From assembly GCA_963769025.1 (NCBI GenBank), contig CAVYKI010000003.1, positions 992,001-1,056,000 on the forward strand: a stretch of DNA of 64,000 bases. The letters run 5' to 3'. The stretch's first letter is position 1; every line of letters starts with the position of its first letter. The notes under the pieces are model-generated. The model was not told the origin of the DNA. It did no database searches and saw only the letters and a program-made list of their open reading frames with translations. This stretch comes from an uncultured Verrucomicrobiae bacterium (GTDB lineage Bacteria > Verrucomicrobiota > Verrucomicrobiia > Chthoniobacterales > Chthoniobacteraceae). Both the position numbers and the translations under genes were made by a program. Shown in pieces: positions 44,212 to 54,994 of this stretch.

Positions 44212-45978
44212 CTACGGCGCGTTCGCTGGAGGCAGCGGCGGAACAACGACGGGCTCCGGAGGTACGCTGAGCGGGATTTTCTCGCTGAGCAAAACGTCGA
44301 AGACATGCGAGATGAGGCCGCGATAGTGCTGCTGCACGATGGCGTCCGGCGACTCCTTCTGGAGGGTGAGGAAGTCGGCGTAGTCTTCCTGAAGCTTCAG
44401 CGCGAGCAGCGTCCGGAGCTGCGTCGTCGCGTCGGGCGACGGGTCGGTCGTGCCGGCGGCCATCGCGAGAGCGCGAGCCTCGCTGTCCGAGGTGAGCTCC
44501 TCGACTCGGCCCTTCAGTTCCTCGACGCGGCCCTCGAGCTGGGCGACGAGGCGCTTCAGTTCGTCGGGGCTCAGGTTTGCCTCGTCGTGGGAAATGACGG
44601 GCCGATCCGCGTCGCGGCGTGATCGGCGGCCGTCGTCGTCGCCGCGGCGCAGGCGCGCCTGTGCGGCCGCGAGTTCGCTGCGAAGTCCGGAGACGTAGGA
44701 GTCGAGCTGCTTGATGGCCGCGCTGAAGTTGAAACCGGGCTGTCCCCTGGACTCCTGTTCGCGGGAAACGTAGGCGGGCCTTTCCTTGCGGTCGTTCCTT
44801 CCGCCGCGGCGGCGGCGTCCGCCCTCCTCCTCGGCCGCAGGCTGGTCCTCGTCATCGTCGTCGTCCTCTTCCTCCTCGTCCTCATCGTCGTCCTCCGCGT
44901 CGAGCGCTTCGAGTCGTGCGATTTTCTCGGCTTCGCGCCAGGCATTGATTTCCTGGTTCACTGCCTCGACCGCCGCCTGGTCGCCGCTCTCGGCGGCGAG
45001 GCGCGATTTCTCCTCCAGCTCCGGCGGCAGCGGCGTCTCGACCTCGGCGGCAGGCTGTGCGGCCGAATCGTCGCCTCGCCCGCGCGTGCGGGGTTCCGGG
45101 GCGGCATCCGCCTTCAGCGCGGAAAGGATGGCCTCGGGAAGTTCGGGGACTTCCTTGCGCAGCGCGGACTGCCATTTTCCGCCCCACCGCCCGACGGCGC
45201 GGGCGACCATGCCGATCAGGTTTTCGTGCAACTGCCCGAGCCTCGCGCCGCCGTAGCGCAGCACGCTGAGCTGGGTGATGGGCGCGTTGTTCACGTTGAA
45301 CGTCGAAAACACGACGGCGGAAAGGATGGCGGTGGCGTCCTCGGGAGGCAGATCGGCGAGCGCGAGCTGGAGCACCCACGGCTTGCCGCGACCGATGAAG
45401 ACGTTGCCGATGAGCTTCGAGTGCTCGGGCTTGAGCGCGCCGGTCTCGCTGTTCCACATGCTCCGGCACGTGGCCGCCGCGACGCGGACCGCCTCGGGCA
45501 GTTCGACCCTCGCGAGCGAGCGCGCCATGCTCAGGCGCAGGCGGTAGCCGTTGTCGGTGTCCATCTTTGCCAGGCCGTCGAGGACGGTGGCGCGGGCTTC
45601 TGCGGGCAGATCCTTCCACGCGTTTTCGATCGCGCGGACGCCGAGAATCCACGGCAGTTGCGGCATCGCGGCAAGCGCGGCGGCGATTCCGTCCCCGCCT
45701 TCGAGCAGGCAATTGTGCATCAGGCGCGTCGCCTTGTCCTCGTCGCCTGGCGAGAGGCGGTTCGTGTTTCCGGTCTGTGAAAGTGCGGCCAATTCCGCCT
45801 TCGGATCGCCCGGGGGCTGCTCGGGCGCGGCGGGATCGCCGGTTCCATGCTCAGGCAATCCCAACGCGGGCGGATTGTCGGTCAAGGCGAGGTTTGCCGG
45901 CTCCGGCACAGGGGAAGGTTGGGGAGCGGACGCCTCGGGCGTCGATGGTGGCGGCGGTGTGGGAAGGTCTTTTGCCAT
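44212..45978 (-). CDS. Hypothetical protein with acidic tract and coiled coils
   Basis: 588-aa ORF: Pro-rich N-terminus, helical core, [16 protein letters not shown] tract, heptad-rich C-terminus. Confidence 0.75.
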   Translation of the reverse strand: MAKDLPTPPPPSTPEASAPQPSPVPEPANLALTDNPPALGLPEHGTGDPAAPEQPPGDPKAELAALSQTGNTNRLSPGDEDKATRLMHNCLLEGGDGIAAALAAMPQLPWILGVRAIENAWKDLPAEARATVLDGLAKMDTDNGYRLRLSMARSLARVELPEAVRVAAATCRSMWNSETGALKPEHSKLIGNVFIGRGKPWVLQLALADLPPEDATAILSAVVFSTFNVNNAPITQLSVLRYGGARLGQLHENLIGMVARAVGRWGGKWQSALRKEVPELPEAILSALKADAAPEPRTRGRGDDSAAQPAAEVETPLPPELEEKSRLAAESGDQAAVEAVNQEINAWREAEKIARLEALDAEDDDEDEEEEDDDDDEDQPAAEEEGGRRRRGGRNDRKERPAYVSREQESRGQPGFNFSAAIKQLDSYVSGLRSELAAAQARLRRGDDDGRRSRRDADRPVISHDEANLSPDELKRLVAQLEGRVEELKGRVEELTSDSEARALAMAAGTTDPSPDATTQLRTLLALKLQEDYADFLTLQKESPDAIVQQHYRGLISHVFDVLLSEKIPLSVPPEPVVVPPLPPANAP

Positions 45979-46136
45979 GGGTGAAGAAAGTTGGCCCTAT
46001 CAATGGCGGCGCGTTCCCCGGTGGCGAGTGCTTTTTTTGCCGCAGACCGATGGTGGGCCTCCTTTTGGCTTTCCCCGACGCGGGGCGCGTTCTACTTCCT
46101 GTCCTCCACTTTTTCAAAATCCCAACTCAAACAGCC

Positions 46137-47183
46137 ATGGCCAAGACGATCGCAGCACCCGCCGACGAAAACAAGGTAACCGCCGCACGGAACAAGAACC
46201 TGGAGATGGTCCTCCAGACCATCGTGAAGGAGTACGGCGACGGCGCGATCATGCGGCTCGGCGATTCCACGCACATGGACGTGGAGAGCATCCCCACGGG
46301 AAATATTCTCATCGATCGCGCGCTCGGCTGCGGCGGGCTGCCCCGCGGACGCATCGTGGAAATTTTCGGGCCGGAAAGCTCGGGCAAGACGACTCTCACG
46401 CTCACCGCAATCGCGCAGGCGCAAAAGCGCGGCGGGCTCGCGGCGTTCATCGACGTGGAGCACGCGCTCGACCCGCAGTATGCGAAGAAGCTCGGCGTGA
46501 ATCTCGACGACCTGCTCGTCTCGCAGCCGAGCAGCGGCGAGGAGGCGCTGCGCATCGTCGAGACCCTCGTGCGGTCGAACGCGCTCGACATCATCGTGCT
46601 CGATTCCGTCGCCGCACTGGTGACGAAGCAGGAACTCGAAGGCGAGATCGGCGACAGCACCGTCGGCGCGCAGGCACGCCTCATGAGCGCCGCGATGCGC
46701 AAGCTCACCGCGCTCATCTCGAAGGCGCGCACGATCTGCATTTTCACCAACCAGATCCGCGAGAAGATTGGCGTGATGTTCGGCAACCCCGAGACGACGC
46801 CGGGCGGCAAGGCGCTCAAGTTTTACGCGAGCGTGCGCATCGACATCCGCCGCATCGGCGCGATCAAGACGGCGGACGGCGTGGTCACCGGCAACCGCAC
46901 GAAGGTGAAAATCGTGAAGAACAAGGTCGCGCCGCCGTTTTGCGAGTGCGAGTTCGACATCATGTACAACGAGGGCATCAGCAACACCGGCTCGCTCCTC
47001 GACCTCGCGATCGAAAAGGGAATCATCGAAAAGCGCGGCTCATGGCTCAGCTACAACGGCAGCCAGCTCGCGCAGGGCCGCGACGCCGCGAAGGAAATCC
47101 TGAAGGCCGACTCCGCGCTCTACGATGGGCTCTACGCGGCCGTCAAAGTGAAGCTCGACGAGGACGCCGCCGCGGCGAAGTAG
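46137..47183 (+). CDS. recA: Recombinase A
   Basis: [27 protein letters not shown] and [12 protein letters not shown] motifs. Confidence 0.98.
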   Translation: MAKTIAAPADENKVTAARNKNLEMVLQTIVKEYGDGAIMRLGDSTHMDVESIPTGNILIDRALGCGGLPRGRIVEIFGPESSGKTTLTLTAIAQAQKRGGLAAFIDVEHALDPQYAKKLGVNLDDLLVSQPSSGEEALRIVETLVRSNALDIIVLDSVAALVTKQELEGEIGDSTVGAQARLMSAAMRKLTALISKARTICIFTNQIREKIGVMFGNPETTPGGKALKFYASVRIDIRRIGAIKTADGVVTGNRTKVKIVKNKVAPPFCECEFDIMYNEGISNTGSLLDLAIEKGIIEKRGSWLSYNGSQLAQGRDAAKEILKADSALYDGLYAAVKVKLDEDAAAAK

Positions 47184-47901
47184 ATCCGCTCGGGGACGGC
47201 GCGCGGCATGCGCGCTGGAGAATCCGCCGCGCGACGATTGCGGCGCTTGCGTCGCGTGCGCCGCTCGCAATCAGACCGCGCTGCACCCAGGAGTCTCCGA
47301 GTTTCCGGCAGAGCGCGCGGACGAGTGCGCGTGAAACCACCGGCTCCGGCAAAGGCTGAAGGCCGGTCCGGAGTTCCCGCCCGCTCACTGCTGGCGAGAC
47401 TTCGGCCACCAGTATCCCTGCCGGCTCCGGCATTCCGACAGGTTCGGGTTGCGGCACGGGTTCGGCTGCGGTTTCCGCTTCGGACGGCGCCGCCGGAACG
47501 GGCCCGATGGAAGGCCACAGCGCATCCAGGAGCTGGTTCATCAGCGCGACGGTGAGATCGCGCAGCGAGTCCTCGGAAAGCAACGTGTCAGCAAGCGCCT
47601 TTGCGTCCGGCCCGGCGGTGTAACTCGCGGTGACGTGGATTTCAAAATCGCCCGCCATCCAACGCGGTGCGGGCTCGTCACCGGCAAGATGCCGTGCAAG
47701 CCGGGCGACAAAACCCGTCGCTGCCTGCTCGCTCCAATGCTTCCGGATTGCTGCGTCGCCCAGCATCGCGGGAAGCAGCGGGACGATGATTTCGCCGTGC
47801 AGCTCGTCGTCCGGAATCGCGATTCCCGCGCCCTCCGGCGCCGCCAGCAACGCCGAGGAGTCATCGAGCAACCGGCGGAAAAGTTCCTCGTGGCGGCTCA
47901 T
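47143..47901 (-). CDS. Hypothetical protein coupled to the upstream SNF2 ATPase gene
   Basis: ATG (47899-47901) overlaps the upstream TGA (47898-47900); the 3' end overlaps the recA stop, so the exact end is uncertain. Confidence 0.55.
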   Translation of the reverse strand: MSRHEELFRRLLDDSSALLAAPEGAGIAIPDDELHGEIIVPLLPAMLGDAAIRKHWSEQAATGFVARLARHLAGDEPAPRWMAGDFEIHVTASYTAGPDAKALADTLLSEDSLRDLTVALMNQLLDALWPSIGPVPAAPSEAETAAEPVPQPEPVGMPEPAGILVAEVSPAVSGRELRTGLQPLPEPVVSRALVRALCRKLGDSWVQRGLIASGARDASAAIVARRILQRACRAPSPSGSTSPRRRPRRASL

Positions 47902-50900
47902 CTGCGCGGACGGGTCGCGAGGCCTGGATCCCAGTCCGGCTCAGGCCACCACGGCTTTTCGCCGAGCACGTAGGCGCCGAGAGTGTCGAGGTGGATCACC
48001 GGATTGGCGAGGATGCCGCCGACCAGTTCCTCGACGTCGGCGAGGTTCTTGGTCTCCGCCTTTGCCTGCGCGGCGGAATCGATGCCCGCCTGCTGCCTGG
48101 CCTTCAGCCGAGCGCGCGAGCAGGCCGAAGTGCGCCGCGGCGGCCTGCTGCGCCTTTTCGCGCGCGGTCTTCAGCATGCCGCCTCTCGTGACCGTGGCGA
48201 CGGCCTTCTTTCCCGAGCCTCTGACATGACTTCCGCCACTCCGTCTCGCCGAATTTTTCCCGGATCTGCTGCGGCGCGTTCCTTTCCGAGATTGCGGTCG
48301 ATCTTGTAGTGGTAGGGACGGTTGCAGAGCTCGACGAATTTTGCGTCCGCGGCGTCGCCGTGCTCGTCGAGCCACAGCTCGGCGATGAACTCCGGGAAAC
48401 CAGCCGCGCACGAGCCGGAGCAGCGAGCCGCGACGGATCGTGTCCCACTCGGACGCGACGAGCGCCTTTTCCACTGCGGCGAGATCCACGTTCACCTGCA
48501 CGAGCGCACGGAAGATGAGCGTCGGCTTTTTCACGCCGGGCGCGTGACGCCACATCGCCCATGCGCGGCCGCGGTCGTCCCACGAGAGCAGTTCGCGGCA
48601 GCCGTCCACGGCGGAGTGGCCGGGGCGGAGGAAAGTGCAGCGTGAGATCCTCGATGACGACGCCGCGATGCACGCTGAACTGCACCGCAAACATCGCGGC
48701 GAGCGAGTCGAGCTTGTCGGCGGGGATGAGCGGATTGCTGTCGCGCTTCATGCGGAACTTGAACGAATTCGTCTCCTCGTCCCAGCGTTCCTCGAGGCCG
48801 AGATTGCGCTGGAGATACGCGCTGAAGGCCTTGCCAAAATCCTCCGCGGCGGCATCCGCGGCGGCGAGGTCGCGCGAAAGCGGGCTCTCGGGCGAGAGGC
48901 TGTGCATGCCGTCAATCACGTCCTGCTCCTCGATGCTCGCGCGCTCCTTCACCACGGCTTCGGCGAGCGCGGGGATCGCATCGAGCAGCGCCTGCGCTCC
49001 GCCGAGAAATGCGCGCTCGCGCAGCTTCGGCAGCTCGGTGTCCACGAGGTGCTGGAGGTCGGAGATGCTCGCGGCGTAAAGGCCGAAGCCCTCGGCGAGC
49101 ACGCGCCGCCACGCCTCGTCGAGCGCGACCGCGTCGTCCTCGCCGGTGACGAAGACGATGCACGGAATCGCGCCCGTGCGATCGATCCGGTCGAGGCGTC
49201 CGAGACGTTGTTCGAGGCGCATCGGCGACCACGGCAGGTCGTGGAAAATCACGGCCTTCGCAAACTGGAGGTTGAAGCCCTCCTCGCCCGTCGCGTCGGT
49301 GATGAGCACGCGCGAGGCGCGGTCGCCGGCGAAGTCGGAGAAAAGTTCGCCCGCCGTGCTGCCGACGGTGCTCGTGCTCGCGACCTTCACGCCTTCGCGT
49401 GAAAACAGCGTGTGCAGGCGCTTCGCGAGGTCGGCGCAGAAGCGCGCGTTCGGACAGAAGACGACGTATTTTCCATTCGGTCCGTCCTTCGCAGCGCGCC
49501 GGCGGAGCGACTCGGCGATGAGATCGAGACGTGCCTCGGCGATCTGCCACGCGAGCTTGTCGTCGGCGAGACCGGCGAGGAGTTTCACCTCGGCGTCGGT
49601 GGCCTTCGTCGCCTTCGCGACATCCTTCACGAGCGTCGAAAGTTTTTCCGGTTCGGCGGAGATGGCCTCGGCGAGTCGCACGTATTCCTCGGCGGCGACG
49701 GTGCGGAGCTTGTCGTCCTTTTCCACACGCTTGCTCGCAGCGGCGCGCCACTTGTCGAGCGCTTCCCAGAGGATGACATGCGGCTCCTCGTCGAGTTCCA
49801 TCTCCACACTCTCGACGACATCGCGCACGAAGCGCTTGTGTGCGCCCGCGAGCCAGCGGCGTCGCGTGCGCAGCATGCGGCGATGGATGCGGTACGTCTC
49901 GCTGATGTGCAGATGCAGCTCGTGCTGGATCGCCTTCGCATCCGCACCGGGCTTTGCGAGCGCGGCGACGAATTCCTTCACGGTCGGATCATTCGGCAGC
50001 AGCGACGCGAGCTTGCCCGCGTGCAGTTTCACGAGCGCGGGCACGGTGGCGCTGCGCAGCGCGAGGAAAGCGCGGCCCAGCTCGACGCGGCGCGCGGTGC
50101 GTTCCTTGAACTCTGCGAGCTTTGCGACGGAATAATTTTCCGGGTCGAGCAATTCGAGCAGCGCGAGCAGGTCGTCGTCGTGATGCAGCACGGGCGTGGC
50201 CGAGAGCAGCAGCAGGTGCTTCGAGGCGTGCGCGAGCTTCAGCGCGTTGCGCGTGATCGGCGATGCAGGCAGTCCGTGGCGTGCGACGACACGGTGCGCC
50301 TCGTCGATCACGAGCACGTCCCACGGGCCCTCCAGCAGCTCCTTGTCCTTCGTAAAATCGGTGTGCGCGAATACTTCCACGTCATCGAGTTCGAAGCGCG
50401 AATCGAGTTCCTCGCGCCACTGCCGCACGAGCGCATCCGGCGCGACGACGGCGATGCGGGCATCCGGCGCGTCGAGCTGGATTTGCCGAAGAATGATGCC
50501 CGCCTCGATCGTCTTCCCGAGGCCGACTTCATCCGCGAGCAGGTAGCGGATGACGGGATCGTGCAGCACGCGGTCCGCGACCTCGGCCTGATGCTGGAGG
50601 ATTTCCACCTTCGATGAAATGAGCGCGGGCAGCCCGTGCGCGAGCTGGTTTTGCTTCAGCAGCTCGCGCAGCAAGTCGGCGCGCTGCTGGAAAAAGAACG
50701 GCGTCTCCTGCGCGAGTTCCGCGAGCACGACCGCCGGATCATCGCCTGGCAGATACGAGCGCACCTGGAACGCATCTTCGCGCATCTCGGTGAGCGTCGT
50801 CAGGCCGGGGAAGTGCACGAGGTAGCTGCGCATCGGTCCGAGCGTCTGCTTCGGCGCGACAATGCGACCGTAGCGCACGAGGCCTTTTTCCGAGTGAAAG

Positions 50901-51211
50901 ACGCGCGTCTGGCTCGGGAGAGGCGGGTGGACGATCTGATCTACGGGCGCGTCCCGTTCGACGAAATTCACGACGTCCGTGTGGAAGCGCAGCGTGACTT
51001 TCGGACCCGAAACCGCAGTGACTTCCGCGAAGCCCGCGTCGCGCCGCGCAGCCGCGAGCACCTTGCAGCCGACCTGCGGCTTGAAGCGAATGACCGGCGG
51101 CGGAGGCTCGGCTGCCTCGACCGGCTTCGGAGCGGCGGCCTTCTTCGCCGGCTTGGCCGCTTTCGGCGTTTTCTTGGCGGTCGGCTTGGCAGGTTTTTTC
51201 GCGGCGGGCAT
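47898..51211 (-). CDS. SNF2-family ATPase (DpdE/RapA-like); 3' part broken by several frameshifts
   Basis: YLLADEVGLGKTIEAG, VIDEAH, LLSATP, EEGFNLQ and EQRLGRLDR; the C-terminus continues over frameshifts (48100-48640) to ..PVIHLDTLGAYVLGEKPWW..PRR*. Confidence 0.85.
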
Positions 51212-51389
51212 GGGGAGAAGGTTTCTGAGTCGCGTTCTACTCCGGAAAATCGCGGATGCCAATGGCGCTCACGTCGCCTTCTCCTGACCGGCCGGGCTGG
51301 CTTCACGCATAGACGCGAGTGCGCAAAGGATACGACAGCCTGCTCGCTGCGGCGTGGCGCGACCCATCAACGACCGGGTTCGATCCCGA

Positions 51390-52304
51390 TCACGCGGCGC
51401 GCCATGCGAGTTCGGTGACCTTGCCGTGCCCGGCGTGCTGCGTGTCGTGGGCGTGGAGGCCGAGCGATGCACCATTTTCGCGGAGCTTCAGGTCCACCCA
51501 GCCGGTGGCCTCGGTGGTTGCGAACGGATACGCGACCGCCGGGAGATTCACGAGGTGGAGGCCGTCCTGCTCGGCGAAACGCCACGTGTGCGTGTGGCCG
51601 AAGAAGAGCGCCTTCACGTGGCGGCGCGGGAGAAGGACTGCGAGCAATTCCTCGGCGTCGATGAGGCCGGTCTTTTTATCCGGATTCGCGGAAATGGGGT
51701 TGTGGTGGACCATCACGAGAGCGGGTTTCGCACTATGCGCGTCGAGGGCCTTCGCGAGCCACGCGCGCTGCTCGTCGCCGAGCACGCCGGGCGTCTTGTT
51801 CACCACGTCGAGCGAATCGAGCAGGAACCAGTTTGCGCGCGCGCCCTCGACGACGGCGACGTGCCGGCTCGCGAGCGGCGGAGCGGCGGGGACCGCATCC
51901 TTGAGCGCGGTGCGGAAAATATCGCGGTCATCGTGGTTGCCGAGCGTGACGTGGATCGGCAGGCCGGCTTCGCGCAGCGGCGCGACGAGCGCGGAGAAAG
52001 TGGCGTAGTCCTCGGCGAGACCCGTGAGCACGGCGCAGTCGCCATTCACAAAGACACCCGCCGGCCGCGACGCGAGCGCGCGCACGCCTTTCACGGCGGC
52101 CTCGAGATGTTCGGTCATGTTCACATTGCGCAACACCGCGGCGCGGTCGCCGGCAATGTGCGTATCCGAAAGCAGCGCCCAGAGGTCGGGATCGGCGTTG
52201 CTTTCCGCCGCACGGAGGTCGGGAAAAGTCAGCAGCCCCGCGCCTGCGGCGATGGAACGGCGGAGAAATGCACGGCGGGAGATCGGGGGGAGATGCAGCG
52301 GCAT
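51390..52304 (-). CDS. Tat-exported calcineurin-like metallophosphoesterase
   Basis: SRRAFL Tat motif; SDTH, NGD, GNHD, HH and GHTH motifs. Confidence 0.9.
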   Translation of the reverse strand: MPLHLPPISRRAFLRRSIAAGAGLLTFPDLRAAESNADPDLWALLSDTHIAGDRAAVLRNVNMTEHLEAAVKGVRALASRPAGVFVNGDCAVLTGLAEDYATFSALVAPLREAGLPIHVTLGNHDDRDIFRTALKDAVPAAPPLASRHVAVVEGARANWFLLDSLDVVNKTPGVLGDEQRAWLAKALDAHSAKPALVMVHHNPISANPDKKTGLIDAEELLAVLLPRRHVKALFFGHTHTWRFAEQDGLHLVNLPAVAYPFATTEATGWVDLKLRENGASLGLHAHDTQHAGHGKVTELAWRAA

Positions 52305-52413
52305 GGAACGCCCATACCTGCCGGCGGGACTTCGTGCAATGGCGCGATGCGCGTGGGGAGCCGAAGGTCCGCGGCTGTCGTGGATCGAGCGACGCGCCCC
52401 GGAGCCGGCGCGC

Positions 52414-53880
52414 TTAACCCGGCTGCGAGGTGTAGCTGCCTTCCACCCGCTTCGCGACGTCGAGGTAGCCGTAATCCACCTCGTAGATTTGCTTCAGGCA
52501 ATCGATGTACTCGTCGCGCTTGCCCATTTTTTCCAGGACGATCGCGAGACGGTAGAGGACGTCCTTCTTGGTCGTATCCATCACCGTGGTCTCACCGGCG
52601 GCGTCCTTGAATTGCTTCACCGCGAGGTCGAGCATGCCTTTTTCGACGTAGCACTGGCCGAGCAGGTTCATGGCCTTCAGGCGCACGTTCGGATTTTGCT
52701 TGGAGCGCTGGAGCTCGGGGATGGCGTCGGTAAACTGTCCGGCCTTGATCAAGACCTCGCCGAGCTCGTAGCGGAGCATGAGATCCGTCGGGTTGTCACC
52801 GACGCGCTTCCTGGCGACTTCGAGCGCGGAGGATTCCCGCTGGCGGCGGAGGTCGCTGAGTTCATCCGCAAACGGGCGGGCGTCGGGATCGTTGGGATCC
52901 ACCTGCGCGAGCCAGTCCTCGAGCACCTTGATGCGGCGCGCGGTTTTCTTCGCCGCGAGGTCCGTGCACTTGCGTGCGATGTTCGGATCGCCACCGGCCA
53001 GAATCCCATTCGTGTGGGTGTAAAACCAGATCGCGTTGTCGAGGTATCCCTCGGTTTCGTCGTCGGGAGAGGAATTCGCCAGCGCGGCCTCGAACCACTG
53101 TTCGTAGAGCGACGCGATGCGCTTGGCGACGTCCACGTTGTTCTGGTTTTCCTCGAACTGCGGATAGAGCTCGGTGACCTGCTGCGAGATTTGGTCGGAC
53201 GTGCGGACAATGCGCGACTTGTTCTCGAGCGCAATGGCCTCCTCCTTCTTGTTGATCAGGTCGCGGAAATTCATCGAACCACTGCTCTCCGCCACTTCGG
53301 TCCAGCGCCCGGACTTCATCGTCGCGGAGGCCGAGGCGTCCTTCGCCTTCTTGTTCGCCTCCAAGTCGGAGGGGTTGATCTGCACGATGCGGTTATAGAC
53401 CGCGACGGCCTTGTCGTTTTCCCCCATCGAGATGTACTGGCTGCCGAGCTGGTGGAGCAGCTTCGTGTCCTTGGGATTCGCACCCACGAGGGTCTCCAGC
53501 GCAAACGCCGCTGTCTCCGGCAGGCCGGCCTTGTTGGCAGCCTCCCAGAGGAGCTGGTTGCCCTGGGCGCTCTTGGGATCCGTCGCAAGCGTCTTCTCCG
53601 CAAGTTCCATCGCGGCGAGCGGGTCTTTTTTCAGCGTGGAACCGGCGGTCATGCCGAGCGTGGTTCCTGCGAGGGAAAAGCCGGCTTTTTTTCCTTCCAC
53701 GCCCGCGAGTGCCGCGGCGCGGAGGAGTTTGCGCCCGTCGAGGAAGCCGGGGACCTGCTTCAGGACGGATTGCATGAGCTGGATGGCGTACCCGTGGTTG
53801 CGGATTTCGTTTGCGTGTCTTGCCTTCTGAAAAAGCGCGCGTTGCGCCTCAGTAAGTTCGTTCTCGTGGATCGTAGCCAT
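52414..53880 (-). CDS. Tetratricopeptide repeat protein
   Basis: Several TPR-like helical pairs (LLHQLGSQY..AVAVY, LRYELGEVL, AMNLLGQCY); ends DYGYLDV. Confidence 0.85.
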   Translation of the reverse strand: MATIHENELTEAQRALFQKARHANEIRNHGYAIQLMQSVLKQVPGFLDGRKLLRAAALAGVEGKKAGFSLAGTTLGMTAGSTLKKDPLAAMELAEKTLATDPKSAQGNQLLWEAANKAGLPETAAFALETLVGANPKDTKLLHQLGSQYISMGENDKAVAVYNRIVQINPSDLEANKKAKDASASATMKSGRWTEVAESSGSMNFRDLINKKEEAIALENKSRIVRTSDQISQQVTELYPQFEENQNNVDVAKRIASLYEQWFEAALANSSPDDETEGYLDNAIWFYTHTNGILAGGDPNIARKCTDLAAKKTARRIKVLEDWLAQVDPNDPDARPFADELSDLRRQRESSALEVARKRVGDNPTDLMLRYELGEVLIKAGQFTDAIPELQRSKQNPNVRLKAMNLLGQCYVEKGMLDLAVKQFKDAAGETTVMDTTKKDVLYRLAIVLEKMGKRDEYIDCLKQIYEVDYGYLDVAKRVEGSYTSQPG

Positions 53881-53979
53881 GGTCTGGGGCTGGAGAATCT
53901 AGCACCCAGGTCCGCAGATGCGCAAGAGTTCGCGCACAGCCATTTTTGAAAAATGAAGGCGCGTTTACCCGCGCCGAGG

Positions 53980-54156
53980 CTACTTCTCCGCGGGAGCCGA
54001 CTTTTTTGAAGCGAGGCCAAAGACCGTCTTCAGCGATTCCACTTCCTTCTGCGCGTTGCTTCCGAAATTTGAAAAGCCATGTTCAAACACGACGATGAAG
54101 CAAAACGTCGAAGCGACGAAAAGCGCGAACCAGAAGATGGAGCGTAAAAGGGCCAT
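53980..54156 (-). CDS. Small membrane protein
   Basis: Single hydrophobic helix followed by FEHG; 58 aa. Confidence 0.6.
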   Translation of the reverse strand: MALLRSIFWFALFVASTFCFIVVFEHGFSNFGSNAQKEVESLKTVFGLASKKSAPAEK

Positions 54157-54328
54157 GAAATTACGCAAACTTCTACCGCAGGTTGCGTGCTAGGACAATT
54201 GATTTTATTCTTATCACGCCAGCTCCTTCGCTCCGGAACCAACACCACATTTTCCTTGCGGGACCTCCGGTGGGTGGCATGGTTCGCGCATACCAAAGCC
54301 CAACGGAACCCCAACCCAGCACCGGACC

Positions 54329-54814
54329 ATGAACCTGAACCGAACCCTCTCCCTCCTCGCAACGACGCTTTGCGCATTTGCCTTCCTTTTCACGACCGCC
54401 ACGGCGTCTGCCGCGCCGGCCAAACCCGCGGGCACCGTCAAGGCTGAGGGCAGTGTGACCGTGAAGATTAACGGCAAGACGGCGGGGAATGGTGCCGAAG
54501 TGAAGATTGGCGATTACCTCGAGACGGGGAGCGAGAGCGTGAATGTGCTGCTCGTTTCAGGTCAGGAATATGTCATCGACCCCGGATCGAAGGTGCGCTT
54601 CGTGAAATCCGCCAACGGCGCGGTGGCCATCCTGGTGCTCTACGGTGGGATTCATCTAGTGGGCTCTGAGTCAGAGTACGTGGATCCGCTTCCTTGGCTT
54701 GCTGCATTCGCGAACGGGAATTCCTCGTTCCCGAGCATCGGCGGAGTCGGCGGGAGGACGATCAGCACCGTTCTCCCGGGCGGTCAGGTGATCTACACCA
54801 CCGTTTCGAACTAA
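54329..54814 (+). CDS. Secreted beta-rich protein (FecR-like fold possible)
   Basis: Signal peptide ending ASA; GSVTV..GDYLETG..IDPGSKV pattern. Confidence 0.65.
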   Translation: MNLNRTLSLLATTLCAFAFLFTTATASAAPAKPAGTVKAEGSVTVKINGKTAGNGAEVKIGDYLETGSESVNVLLVSGQEYVIDPGSKVRFVKSANGAVAILVLYGGIHLVGSESEYVDPLPWLAAFANGNSSFPSIGGVGGRTISTVLPGGQVIYTTVSN

Positions 54815-54994
54815 CCTGACGGCAGCGCCGGACACCGGGTGGCAAGCGTGGGTGGAACGGTCGGCGGCTTCGCGCGGTCATGGAACCCAGAGGGTAGTCG
54901 GCGCTGACCGGGATCACGGGCGGCCCGCCTCGGTTCCGCATCCGGGTGCATTCCTGAAAATCGGAACGCGAACATCGCTCCACCAACTCCGACG

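Noticed and set aside
45979..46136. LexA box upstream of recA
   Set aside because: No convincing palindrome seen by eye.
51370..51392. GGGTTCGATCCC resembling a tRNA T-arm
   Set aside because: I could not build an acceptor stem, D-arm or anticodon arm around it; it is probably just a small hairpin at a gene end.
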